NCBI GenBank assembly: GCA_043228905.1
Contig: JBHGNT010000116.1
Coordinates: 1 to 64,000 of the forward strand
Origin: Azolla caroliniana
Lineage: Eukaryota; Plantae; Polypodiophyta
DNA length: 64,000 nucleotides
Reading direction: 5' to 3'
The translations under genes and the position numbers were made by a program. The notes below the pieces were generated by a model that was given only the letters and a program-made list of their open reading frames with translations, did not search any database and was not told the origin of the DNA. Shown piece by piece: positions 48,650 through 59,931 of this stretch (positions within the stretch are counted from its first letter, which is position 1; every line of letters begins with the position of its first letter).

Positions 48650-49333
48650 TGTCGCGTCGTTACGCGTGTATGTGTAAAAAGGGGCGGGACCACGGGGGTC
48701 TTGGACTGAGGAGCGAGAGAGAGAGAGACAGAGAGAGAGATTCACCGACACGTAGAAGCGCGAAAAAGAGAAACAAAACGTAACACTTAATTATAATGAC
48801 AAAGATTACAAACTCCGACAGTTACAACCGACAAAGCGGCGACGGGCCTGACACGGGGACCCTACTCACGCACACCGACGACAGTCACCGACTCAAAGAA
48901 ACAAAAGGGGAAGGGGGCGACTCTGCTGGAAGCACACGGGTTGTCCACGAAGCAGAGGCAGCGACCTCCCGACACCCGCAGAGAGCGACGATTCGAGTCG
49001 AAGAGAGAGAGCTCCGCCTTCCGTTCTGCAGCAACGCTCCTCCCATCCTCGCGCACGATATTCCGTTTTCTCTTGTCCTCTTCCCTTTTATTCCCTGTCC
49101 CCCCCTGACCGGGATATGCATAATCCCCTCTAATAAATGTGTGCGGCTTAGTAGTTACATCCACCGGTTCGCGTGCAAAGTATCCAGTCACGCGTTCATC
49201 CGTGTAAGGGCCGGTTTACGCGCTTTCTCTCCAATTCCGCCTATGGCCGGTTTTCTTCACGACATCCACCCCCACCAAACCGCGCATCCACCAGCATGCG
49301 CCAGAGACGGGTAGATACCGAAGAAAATCGGCC

Positions 49334-51329
49334 TCACTCGTTGCTCTCCGATTCTCCGCCGGACCCGAACTGATCGTCGTTGTCGCTCCGGCTCGCAGGC
49401 TCCGGCTCGTCTTCGAACCGCTTTTTGAAAGCTTTGACCCGCTTTCCGGCCACCGGCACCGCTAATCGAGTCCCGTCGAGTTCCGCGAGGTGGTACGTGC
49501 CGTTATCGTTCGCGCTCGTCACCATGTAGGGCCCGAACCATCTCCTAGCAAACTTTCACACCGCCTTGTGCTGATTGTCGAGGTTGATGTCGTATACCAA
49601 GACCCAGTCGCCTTCCTCGATCTTCTTTGGTCGCAACCGGTGCGTCTGGTTGAACCGGGTCTTGTTCAGCTCCCTTGCCGTTCGCAGCCTTTCCTTCGCC
49701 TGTATCACGTCCTCCGGCCTCCGCTTGAGTTGCCGAATCCGCGCCGCCAGCAACTCCTCCCGGCTCATTTCGTCCTTCCAATCTATCGCCGCCCACGAAG
49801 AAACCGTCCGTTCCACCGGCATGATCGCCTTTTGTCTGTACATTAGCTCCGCCAGCATAAACCCAGTCACCGAACTGTGCGTAGTCCGGTCCGCCCATAG
49901 CGCGTAAGGAAGGAGTCGCGGCCAATTCCCGACCTGCCCACCGCATGCACGCACCAACGCCTTTACAATCGGTCTGTGCCCACGTTCCACCTTTCCGTTC
50001 GCCTCCGGATTGTACGCCGTGGTGAGGGAGAGTTTGACGCCTAGCCGGTCGAACAGCTCCTCGGCCTCCCGCGCATCCAGCTCTCCCCAGTCCGCCACGA
50101 TCCTCCCGACACACCCGTACCGACACACTACTTCGATCAGGAACCGGCATACCGCCGCGGTTGTCTTGCTTTGCAGTGCACGACCTTCCACCTGGTTCGT
50201 TAAGTCTTCCCGTGTGAGCACCAGGTATCGCATTTGTCCTACCCCCATCGGCATCATCACCAAGTCCACCATCCACTTGAAATGGACCGTGGGCGGGTAG
50301 GTCGGGTGCAGCTCGTCCCGGTGTCGGACTACGGAGTGCACCTGACAGCTTTCGCAAGTCATTACGAACTGATGCACGTCCTGGTATAGCCCCGACCACC
50401 AGTACTTCTCCTTCAGCTTCTCGAACATGGCCCACGTTCTGCAGTGTCCGGCCCATGGGCTCTCGTGGAATGCCGCCAATAGTTTCCCCTGTTCTTCTTT
50501 CTTTTCCACTACTCGGAGTGGGATGCCGCTTCTCTTCTTTGGGTGCTTCCATATGCACCCGTCCCGCAGGAAGAATCGGTACGCCTTCCTCCGTATCCGG
50601 CTCGCCTCCTCTCTCGCCCATGCTGCATCCGGCGTCATCGTCCGTAGGAACCTCCCGATTTGGAGCCACTCCCCGTCGTACCTGCTTTCGTCAAATTCGT
50701 TAAGCGCCGGAGTGTTCCCTTTCCTTCTTGTCGTTACGTTAGCCGACCCGAAGAAGTCCTCACCGACTTCTTCGTCTTCTGAAACCATGTCGTCTTCGTC
50801 GTTGAACCTTGCCCTTGAAAGCATGTCGGCCATGGCATTGTCCTTTCCGGAGATGTGTTGTATCTCCGGGTTCAGGGACTTAACAAACGCTATCCACTGG
50901 AGCATTGCTAGGTCCGGCGTCGCGCATCCAGAAACCATGCAGAGTATCGGCAGGCAGTCCATCTCGATAATCACCTCCGTCCCGATCAGATAATCCTTGT
51001 CGGCCTTGACTGCCGAAACGACACCCCAAAGTTCGCGCTTAACTTGGGTGTACCCTCGCTGCCGCTCGCTCAACACCTTCACCCCGAATCGGATCGGAAA
51101 TTGTACACCGCCCTTGTCCTCCTGACTGATTACCCACCCGATCCCGGTCGGGTTGGTGTCCACCGTTACGCAGATGGGAACATCCTTGCCATAAACCGCT
51201 TTACGGAGAGCCGGCGCTGCCGTAAGCGCCTCCTTTAGTCTCCGAACCGACTCTGTGTGCTCCATCCTCCACTCAAAGCTACGCTCCTTTTTCAATAGTC
51301 CGTAGAGAGGTTCCGCGACATGTGCGTAG
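49334..51329 (-). pseudogene. Element I RNaseH-integrase
   Basis: 579-aa ORF homologous to E/F RH-IN. Confidence 0.92.
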
Positions 51330-51586
51330 CAGGCCTTCCGGAGGGAGGCATACTCACAATCGACAATCCAACCCCGGAGGCATACTCACTAGCCAGCAAG
51401 GGCTACCGGACACAGGGCGGCGGAGATATGTTGTTCCATGAGATTGCTTGTGTGCTCCACGAATACGGCCACGTTGTCGTAGTGTATTTCGTACACTACG
51501 TGAAAAAGTAAAAATAATATAACCGATTTAATTACATATAAATAAATAAAATAATATATCAAGATATTTATCACGTGCATAGGGCA

Positions 51587-51640
51587 GGATTTGAACCCTG
51601 TACCTCCACGTAGCCAAACCTCAACTTTACCATTATACTA
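51587..51640 (-). promoter_or_regulatory. tRNA-like Pol III internal promoter in U3 (copy at 54264-54317)
   Basis: A box TAGTATAATGG and B box GGTTCAAATCC, starts 43 nt apart. Confidence 0.7.
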
Positions 51641-52246
51641 CCTTATCTTTAGTGTTTTATAAATAGATTTAATAACTATAACTGCTTTATTTGCACCTAC
51701 CTTTATTAAAAGGTAAATCGTGCATTTTTAGAGTGCGTGAATATTTTATAGAAAAACGCAAGCAACTAAAAAGTGACTCATGCACATCTAGCGTGCATGA
51801 GCACTATATTTAGCAAATAAAAGCGCATGAACATATTAGAAAAAAAAGCATGTAGCTATGCTTAGTCTCTCCCATCACTACATAAGGATGGGGAGCACAA
51901 TGTAATAGGTGTGTGAAATATTTGGAAATTGGATATATTTCCGAAAACACCAACCGATTAATATAATCGTGGGATTCACGAAAATAATATAATCTATACT
52001 TGTGGGATTCACAAGTTTCTTATATCTTTCTTTCAATCTAAATACATATTCTTATCTAAATATTGATTAATCGAATACAATACACTCGTGGGATTCACGA
52101 AATTTCTATCTCTCTTTCTAATAATCTATTCATTACTAGCCTCATCTCATATTCTTCTTTCTCCTAGTCCAAAACCTCGGTGGTTCCCACCCGACTCACG
52201 CAAACGATCCGGAGCCGAAAGGCACGACACATTTGGTGAACCCGAC

Positions 52247-54199
52247 ATGAAGGCGGGTGGCAAGGAGATGGAGAATCAACAAGAGGCAATGAGCATAACG
52301 ATGATGATGATGTTCGAGCGGATGCTACAAGAACAACGAGTGATGTCGGAGATCACGGGGGTAGTAAAGCGGCTCGTACAACGAAACGGACAATTCAACG
52401 GAAACGATGTGTCATGCTATCTACGTGACTACAAGGCGGAGATGATACGATGTGGGATACCGGAAGGATTGCAAGTGACATCCTTCAATCGGGTGGCCAC
52501 GAATGAGCTACAAGAAAGAATCTACAAGATACGGCAACAAAACTCGACATGGGGGTCATTCGAAGAAGCTTTACGAGAGACATATGATTACAAGAGATCA
52601 AAGGGACAAGATCGGCGAAAATTCGACGAATGGGTGGCATCGGAGAAGACCCACCGAAGTGCAACACAAGCATTCCTAGAGTTCGAGCATCGTCTTGCTC
52701 AACTCTCGGAGCGGGAACAACGATTGGTGGGGGAGGATAAAGTCCTAATGTTCGTAAAATCGATCGATCGAAAAGAAAGGAAGGACATCGGGATTGAACT
52801 CGAAGACGATGACGGTACGAATGGTCTTACTGAAGATTGGGCCGAAGTCCAAAGGGTATGCCGGAGACATGATGAGAGGAAGATGAGAATCTTGTCAACG
52901 ACATGGCCGATGAAGGATGGTCGATTGAAGACAAACGATGGAGCCGATATGAAGGCCGAAATACAACATGATGGTGCGACGGAAGAGGGTGTAAAACAAG
53001 CTACCCTCTTGTCTTGCGAAAGAACGATGGCGAAGGATAAGGCCGATAACCCAAGTGTAGAAGAAGATTTCGGAATACAAGTGTCCGAAACATCGGGTGA
53101 AAAAGGGGTAAGCATAATTGATGTTTGCATAATTGATGCAGTGAAAGAGAGCAAGGAGGACTTGATTGAGGAGGTCGCCACGAAAGATGACATCGAATCG
53201 AAGGTGGCTATGGACGAATCAACGACGGATGGCCATATCGAGACTTCCCCACCACTGATTCTAGAGACTCCGGCGGTTGCGTTCGAAAGGCAACGTGAGA
53301 CCGAAGAGACGGAAGGTGGCGGAGAGAAAACAAAGGTCAAAGTCGATGCATACGACGGAGAGATAGCCGAGAATATGGCTATGGGTGAAACAATGGAGGA
53401 TGATAATACCGAGGATTCCTACCCACTAATTCTAGAGACTTCGGCAGTTGTGTCCGAGAACCAACGTGAGACCGGAGAGACGGGAGGTGGCAGCAAGAAA
53501 GGTAAAGTCGGAAGCCGGTTTGGATGGAAGGTGATCCGGACGGGATTCCGATCCGAAAGAAAGCCGACCCGAAAAGGGGTCGACTCGGTCAAAACCGATC
53601 GATTGAGTCTGACTTGGCCGAACGTGAATATGGATGGAAGCCAACCTAGCCGAAAGCCGATCGGACGAGACCGATCCAAAAAGAAGCTAATCCGACTCAA
53701 CCGGAGGTTGGACCGGTCGAGGCTGGTGAAAACGAGGAAAAGAAAGCCAACCGAAACCGAAACCGATAGATCGAAACCGGGCCGGAAGGAGACCGACTCA
53801 ATCGAAACCGAACAACAGATTCCGATTCGGCCGAATACGAATCCGATCGGAAGCCGATCAAACCGAAAGTTGATCGGACGAGAGCGATCCGGAAAAAAGT
53901 CAAGGTTGATGAAGACAAGAAAGAGGCCAGTAAAAGACACTACCACGAATGACAAGGGCCAAGAATATGACGAGAGAGAACAAAGAATATGGTGGATCGG
54001 ATGGCGACAATGGTTCGGGTGGAAAGAATGGGTCTACTCAAAATGGAGAGACAAAGTTGACATAGCGGGACAAACGGAGGATGAAGGGGAGACAACGAGC
54101 ATCGGCAACTTCGGCACATACCGGAGGATGTGCGGGTTCGGAGGGGGCGAGTGTCGTAGTGTATTTCGTACACTACGTGAAAAAGTAAAAATAATATAA
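52247..54199 (+). CDS. Gag-like protein (650 aa): capsid-like, acidic, basic and Trp-rich parts
   Basis: QFNGNDVSCYLRDY, WGSFEEAL, KVLMFVKSID, GLTEDW. Open from the PBS into the 3' LTR. Confidence 0.8.
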   Translation: MKAGGKEMENQQEAMSITMMMMFERMLQEQRVMSEITGVVKRLVQRNGQFNGNDVSCYLRDYKAEMIRCGIPEGLQVTSFNRVATNELQERIYKIRQQNSTWGSFEEALRETYDYKRSKGQDRRKFDEWVASEKTHRSATQAFLEFEHRLAQLSEREQRLVGEDKVLMFVKSIDRKERKDIGIELEDDDGTNGLTEDWAEVQRVCRRHDERKMRILSTTWPMKDGRLKTNDGADMKAEIQHDGATEEGVKQATLLSCERTMAKDKADNPSVEEDFGIQVSETSGEKGVSIIDVCIIDAVKESKEDLIEEVATKDDIESKVAMDESTTDGHIETSPPLILETPAVAFERQRETEETEGGGEKTKVKVDAYDGEIAENMAMGETMEDDNTEDSYPLILETSAVVSENQRETGETGGGSKKGKVGSRFGWKVIRTGFRSERKPTRKGVDSVKTDRLSLTWPNVNMDGSQPSRKPIGRDRSKKKLIRLNRRLDRSRLVKTRKRKPTETETDRSKPGRKETDSIETEQQIPIRPNTNPIGSRSNRKLIGRERSGKKSRLMKTRKRPVKDTTTNDKGQEYDEREQRIWWIGWRQWFGWKEWVYSKWRDKVDIAGQTEDEGETTSIGNFGTYRRMCGFGGGECRSVFRTLREKVKII

Positions 54200-57179
54200 C
54201 CGATTTAATTACATATAAATAAATAAAATAATATATCAAGATATTTATCACGTGCATAGGGCAGGATTTGAACCCTGTACCTCCACGTAGCCAAACCTCA
54301 ACTTTACCATTATACTACCTTATCTTTAGTGTTCTATAAATAGATTTAATAACTATAACTGCTTTATTTGCACCTACCTTTATTAAAAGGTAAATCGTGC
54401 ATTTTTAGAGTGCGTGAATATTTTATAGAAAAACGCAAGCAACTAAAAAGTGACTCATGCACATATAGCGTGCATGAGCACTATATTTAGCAAATAAAAG
54501 CGCATGAACATATTAGAAAAAAAAGCATGTAGCTATGCTTAGTCTCTCCCATCACTACATAAGGATGGGGAGCACAATGTAATAGGTGTGTGAAATATTT
54601 GGAAATTGGATATATTTCCGAAAACACCAACCGATTAATATAATCGTGGGATTCACGAAAATAATATAATCTATACTTGTGGGATTCACAAGTTTCTTAT
54701 ATCTTTCTTTCAATCTAAATACATATTCTTATCTAAATATTGATTAATCGAATACAATACACTCGTGGGATTCACGAAATTTCTATCTCTCTTTCTAATA
54801 ATCTATTCATTACTAGCCTCATCTCATATTCTTCTTTCTCCTAGTCCAAAACCTCGGTGGTTCCCACCCGACTCACGCAAACGATCCGGAGCCGAAAGGC
54901 ACGACAACGTGTACCCTAGACCCCCTGTCATGCCGCAGAACCGGGCAGGGATGATCATCGCCACCTATGAAGGGATCAAGGTGGATTGGCCGGTATTGAT
55001 CGCAAACGGGTTGTGTGTGGCGATCGAGATCGTCAGAGGCAAAGATGGCAAAGAAGGCCAAGACGGATGGAGGATATGGCACGCCGTAACGCAGTGGCTC
55101 ACCTTGCTTGTGCCACCCGTCCAGTGTGGTCCGCACTTCCACCGGCTTCTCCGGTTCCGGCTCCGTCGAGAGCCTCTTACGCTTCACCAAGTCTACGATA
55201 GAGTCGTGGAACTCCCTCTTGGCGATTCCCAACACCTCCCGCAACGACAATTCCACTAAACTGTCAAGGATTCGCTCTTCAAGGACCTTCCGTAGGTCTG
55301 TTGCTCTCTCGATTTCGGTGCTCAACCGAAACCCCGCCTGCTTCTTCCCATCAGGCACGCCTGGGTTGCCGGCACCGGTCGGTTTCGGGGGGCCAACCCC
55401 TCTGGCCTTTCCTGCCCGTTTGTCCTCCACCAGAACCTCGTAGTTCTGGCAAGCGGCTTCTGCGAAGCCCGTTTTCTCTTCGACCAGATCGTCCCAACCG
55501 GTGACCTCCTGGACCCGCTGTTCCGCGCGGTCCGCCTCTTCCTTCCTCAACCGAACTCCGGAGAGGCCTTCTAGCACTAGCGGCCAAAATCCGGAGTCCT
55601 TCGCCTTCCGGGTCTCATCACCCCTGACCCGAATTCCGCTGATACTGAGTAGTTAACGGCTTCGACGTGCTGTGCCGCGGCCTCTTCCATCAACCTCTTC
55701 ATTCCGTCGCGCCCCGTATTCAGTTCTAGGGCTCTCCGGGTCTCGCTCGCGTGCACCCGCCCGTTCCAAAGGTACACCACGTTGGTCCTGAGCGCGTCGG
55801 CGAAATCCGCACAATCCTTCCGAATGTGACCGATCGCGTCACACCACATGCACCGTTGCCCAGCCTACGGCCTCCGGTCGCGAGGTTGTTCACCGCTGTC
55901 TCTTCGGGCCTGTGCGATCTGCAGGTCGCGCACCATCTGTGTTAGCTCCTCTAGAGCCGCTCCTCCAGATGGGCCTCTGACCACGTCGTTCGATGCCTAC
56001 CCCGACTCCGGCCAGATTCGGGTCTCTTCCTTCCTCCCAGCCGGCACCGAAACCGGTTCCTCGAGCCTCCTCCCCGGGACCGGCCCCGACCCCGACGTGC
56101 TTCCATCGCTCCAATCTCGCCGTTTGTCGAAACGGCTGCAGACCCATTTTACCACGGCCCAGTCCGTCGTGAGCCCTTCGTCCGTTTCCAATAGGGGTCC
56201 CACCTTTTCCTTGTCGAGCGCATCCACCGACTTGACAAACACCAGTACTCGACTTGTTTCGAGCACCGTCCGGTCCAGCGTCAACAGCCGCGCGAACCGT
56301 TTTTCGAACTCTTGGAGGAGCACCGTCGTGTTCCTCCCTTTTCCGGGGCTTTCCACCCACGCCATGAAGTCCCGCCTCGACAGCCGGAGCAAGTCGTCAA
56401 ACCTGTTGTCGTGAAGAAAACCGTCCCTTAGAGCAATCGGTGCATATCACGCGTGAATCGGCTCTTCACGCGTGCGCGCCCCTTAATGTATATAATAGAG
56501 AATTAGGTACATAGGTGTATCTTGGGTAGTTAGATTCGGTAGGTGGGAAGTAAATGAGGGAGATGGCTCCCTTCTTGAAGCTATAAAAGAGAGGGAGACG
56601 CGGGGGAGAAGGGGATCGCGCATTGAGGAGGACGAAGTGCTGTCGGACCGTAACCGAACGTTTCTCCTCTGTTTGTTCTCCATTGCTCTTCTCTGCAGGT
56701 TTTCGGGAGGCTCGCGCTGCTTCGAGGAACGCCCGTGTGCTTCCGGCAGCACCTCCATCCTTTTTCCCTTTCGTGCGCAGACAAACAGGCATCGGCATCT
56801 GTTCGCCGACCTGTTCAGTTGTAACCGCTCGCGTGCTCTGTTGTGTATTTGTTATTCGTTAATATACAAACTTTCGTGTCTCTCTGTCTCTGTGTCCATT
56901 CGTGTTTTTTGCGTTGACGGGCCGTGTCCCTGTGTTCTTTGCTCATACGTAACCGGTCGTCTCTCTCTTTCTCTTTCCCCTCCTATCACCTGCTCTTCGG
57001 TTCAAGACCCCGGCGGTCCCGCCTCGTTTCTCCACGCACGTGCGTAGTAACGCGACATATTTGGTGAACCCGACATGAACAAGGCGGCAGAGGAGCAGAA
57101 GATGAGGGGGTCGGATCTTGCAGAGGCCATGGCTTCGGCCGTGGACCGGATAGTGAACGCGCGCGAGGGCACCAGCACC

Positions 57180-59931
57180 ATAGATGAGGCCGATATCTAC
57201 GAAGCAATGGACGCCACTTCGAGAGTGGGCGAAATTTTCGGGACGCGGTTGCCCGAAACGTTCTACGAGGATTTCGCGAGCATACTCGAGGCTTGTGAAA
57301 TCGAGGAAGAAGAGGAGGTTTGTAGCGGACGGAGGCGAGATCCCTCGACACCGGGGCCGGAGACTTCGGCGGTTGCGCCCGAGCGCGGACATAAGACCGG
57401 GGAGATGGGCGGTGGCCGTGAGGATGAGAGGCCTGGAGTGGGCACGTGCGAAAAGACCGAAGGAGAGGTCCGGAGCGGCATCGAGGAGCGAGTCGAGAAC
57501 CGACCCGACCGAAAGATGAGCCGGTCGGTAATCCGACCTGACCGGGAGGCGGAGCGGAAGAAGTGTGAAGCGGGGGCCAATCAACCGGGCACGAACCGAA
57601 GGAAGCCGGCAAGAACGGGATTGTTTGATCGATTCGTAGCCGGCCGGGTACGGTTACGGTGGGAGCCGGTGAGAGCGAGGAGGCCTAGTGGGCACGGTGA
57701 TCACGGCTTGATAGAAAACCGAGTGCGGAGGATCCTTCACACCGGTTCTAGAGACTTCGGCAGTCGGCAACGCGGTCGATGTAAGACCAAGATACTGACG
57801 GTGGCGGCGAGGTGACAAAGACAATGGGCATAAGGAAGTCCGGTCCTACGGGATCCCCACACTTAACCAGAGACTCTGGCAATTCGGCCAACGTGGCAAC
57901 ATGAGACCGAGAGAGAAGGTTGGTGGCGGCGGGAAACAGGACCTAGCTACGCGGAAGGCATGAGGAGAGTCCGGGAGGGACTCGAACAAAAGGCACCCGA
58001 CTTACGGCAAGCATAGAAACGGAGTCCGGTCCTATGGGACCCTCACACCGATCCGGAGGCTTCGGCAGTTCGGCCAACGTGGCAACGTGAGACCGAGGGA
58101 GAAGGACGGTGGCAGCAGGGAACGGGACCCGACGACACGAGGTATCGGAAGGAGCCGATAGGGGTGAACACGGGGAGGTGTGTCAGGTCGGAAAGGCACA
58201 CCTTGGACAAAACAAGAGTCTCGCGAGTGGCCATCACGGGCCGGATCGAAGCGTGACTACAGGACGGTGTTCGGCGCGGGCGGGGCCGAACAAAGGAAGC
58301 GGAGGACGGCACAAGGGAGGTGCCAAGAACGAAGGGACAAGTGCCTAGTGGACTGCATAGGGTCGAAGTCAGGATGGCAAGAGAGGCCGGAGGAGGATCC
58401 TCCACACTCGCTTCGTAGATCTCGATAGCTCCGTCGAAGTTACAAAGACTGACACAGCAAGCCGGGGTGACAAGCTGGTGGGGGCGAGGGGACGACGGCA
58501 AGCGGAGGACTCAGGACCTGTTGTAGCAGCACGACGACGGAAGGGCCAAGCGGGCTACTGTGGGGTGTTCCTCGGATGCAAAGGACACCGGTATGCGGGA
58601 GAACATCGATGCACGATCAGGCCGGAAAGGGGCCGACGAGGAGTGCAACACGGGCAGTGCCAAACAACAGACGAGGGTAGGTGGCACACGGAGGTGCCGG
58701 AGCGGAAAGGCGAGCGCGAAGAAGGCCGGAAAGGGATCTTCCACACCATTCCGGAGACCATGGCAGTTCGAGCCGACGCGGCGATGTAAGACCATGGAGA
58801 AGGAAGGTGGCGGCGGAAGGACGAAGGCGATGTGAGAACCATCGGGACATCACGATTCGATAACGGAGGCCAAGCAGGCTGCCACGGGCATTCCTCTACC
58901 GGAGGACATCAGGCATACGGCGGGAAGCGGGGCGTTCATACAGCCGAACAAGGCCCAACGGAAGAACACGTGCTACGGAGATTGCTGCAGAGGACCCATC
59001 CACGGGTCGAACGAGCCTACGGGGAGGCGAGCGCAAAGGAAGACTCGAAGCCGCCGGATCAAACCGGCAGCGAGCCGAGATGCGGATCACGGGAGACCGG
59101 TTTCTCGCCGGCCGAAATCTCTCACCCTTCAGCCAGATTTGGCACGTACCGGTGGACGTGCAGTTAGGTGGGGGCGGATGTCGTGAAGAATTTCGGCCAT
59201 AGGCGAAAACCGGGAAACATTGTCTACATCGGCGGGGTGCAGCGTGTGTACGCACCCATGTACATTTGGTGTGAATATCGAGGGCGCCTTTATGGCGCCG
59301 AAGAGTAGTCAAGTCAGGACAGACGATCCCATGAAAGTCGGGATTTGTCCCACATTGTAACGCATCCCTCTCCTTGTTCTATAAAAGGGAGGGAACGCCC
59401 TTTGTAAAAGGGTTGCCCATTTTGGATTAGAGGGTATACCGGTAGGTTTAGGGTTAGGGTTCTTCTGCTTCTTCTTCTTCCCCTTCGTGTTCGTTTAGGG
59501 TTGGCTGCAGCTTGTCTCCTGTGCAAGACCCCACTCGGCGCGACGAGCCCGAGAGCTCCCCGACGGCGGCTTGACAGCAGACGACTGTTGTAAACTATCT
59601 TGGTCCGGCTCGAAGCCGGGAGTGTCTTCTTCTTATATATATATACATATACGTTTGCGTCTGTCTGTGTATATTGGCGTCTTGTTGGTGTCGAGTGCTC
59701 CCCTCTTTCCCTGCGTTTCCTGTACAAGAGGGCGTGGGTGCGTGCGTGAGTGCGTGTGTGTGTGTGTGCGTGAGTCGGTGTTAAGCACGCTCTCTCTCCC
59801 TTCGGTTGCTTCCGGTGTGTTTCTGAGATGCCCCAAAAGTCGTGAAGCACGACTTCCTACGCTCCGTCGGCCCTTAGTCCAAGACCCCCGTGGTCCCGCC
59901 TTTCTCCACGCACGCGTGTAATAACGCGACA
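57180..59931 (+). mobile_element. Element D', D-type non-autonomous interior plus 3' LTR, 5' LTR missing
   Basis: Interior resembles the reverse complement of 20942-22870; PPT; LTR 59179-59931. Confidence 0.85.

Larger units (their letters stand above)
51475..54906 (+). mobile_element. Element H, young Gag-only element with AT-rich LTRs
   Basis: 755-bp LTRs at 51475-52229 and 54152-54906 with 2 differences seen. TSD ACGT, Trp PBS, PPT GGAGGGGGCGAG. Confidence 0.96.
48650..56406 (-). mobile_element. Element I (Gypsy, tRNA-Trp group), internally deleted; 5' end lies beyond element G, outside the window
   Basis: 3' LTR 48650-49264, PPT, RH-IN 49334-51329, Gag 55118-56406. Confidence 0.9.

Noticed and set aside
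52088-52246. Hydrophobic signal-peptide-like start making the 703-aa ORF env-like
   Set aside because: GTG start inside T-rich LTR sequence, repeated in the 3' LTR; no fusion-protein features. Cannot be fully excluded.
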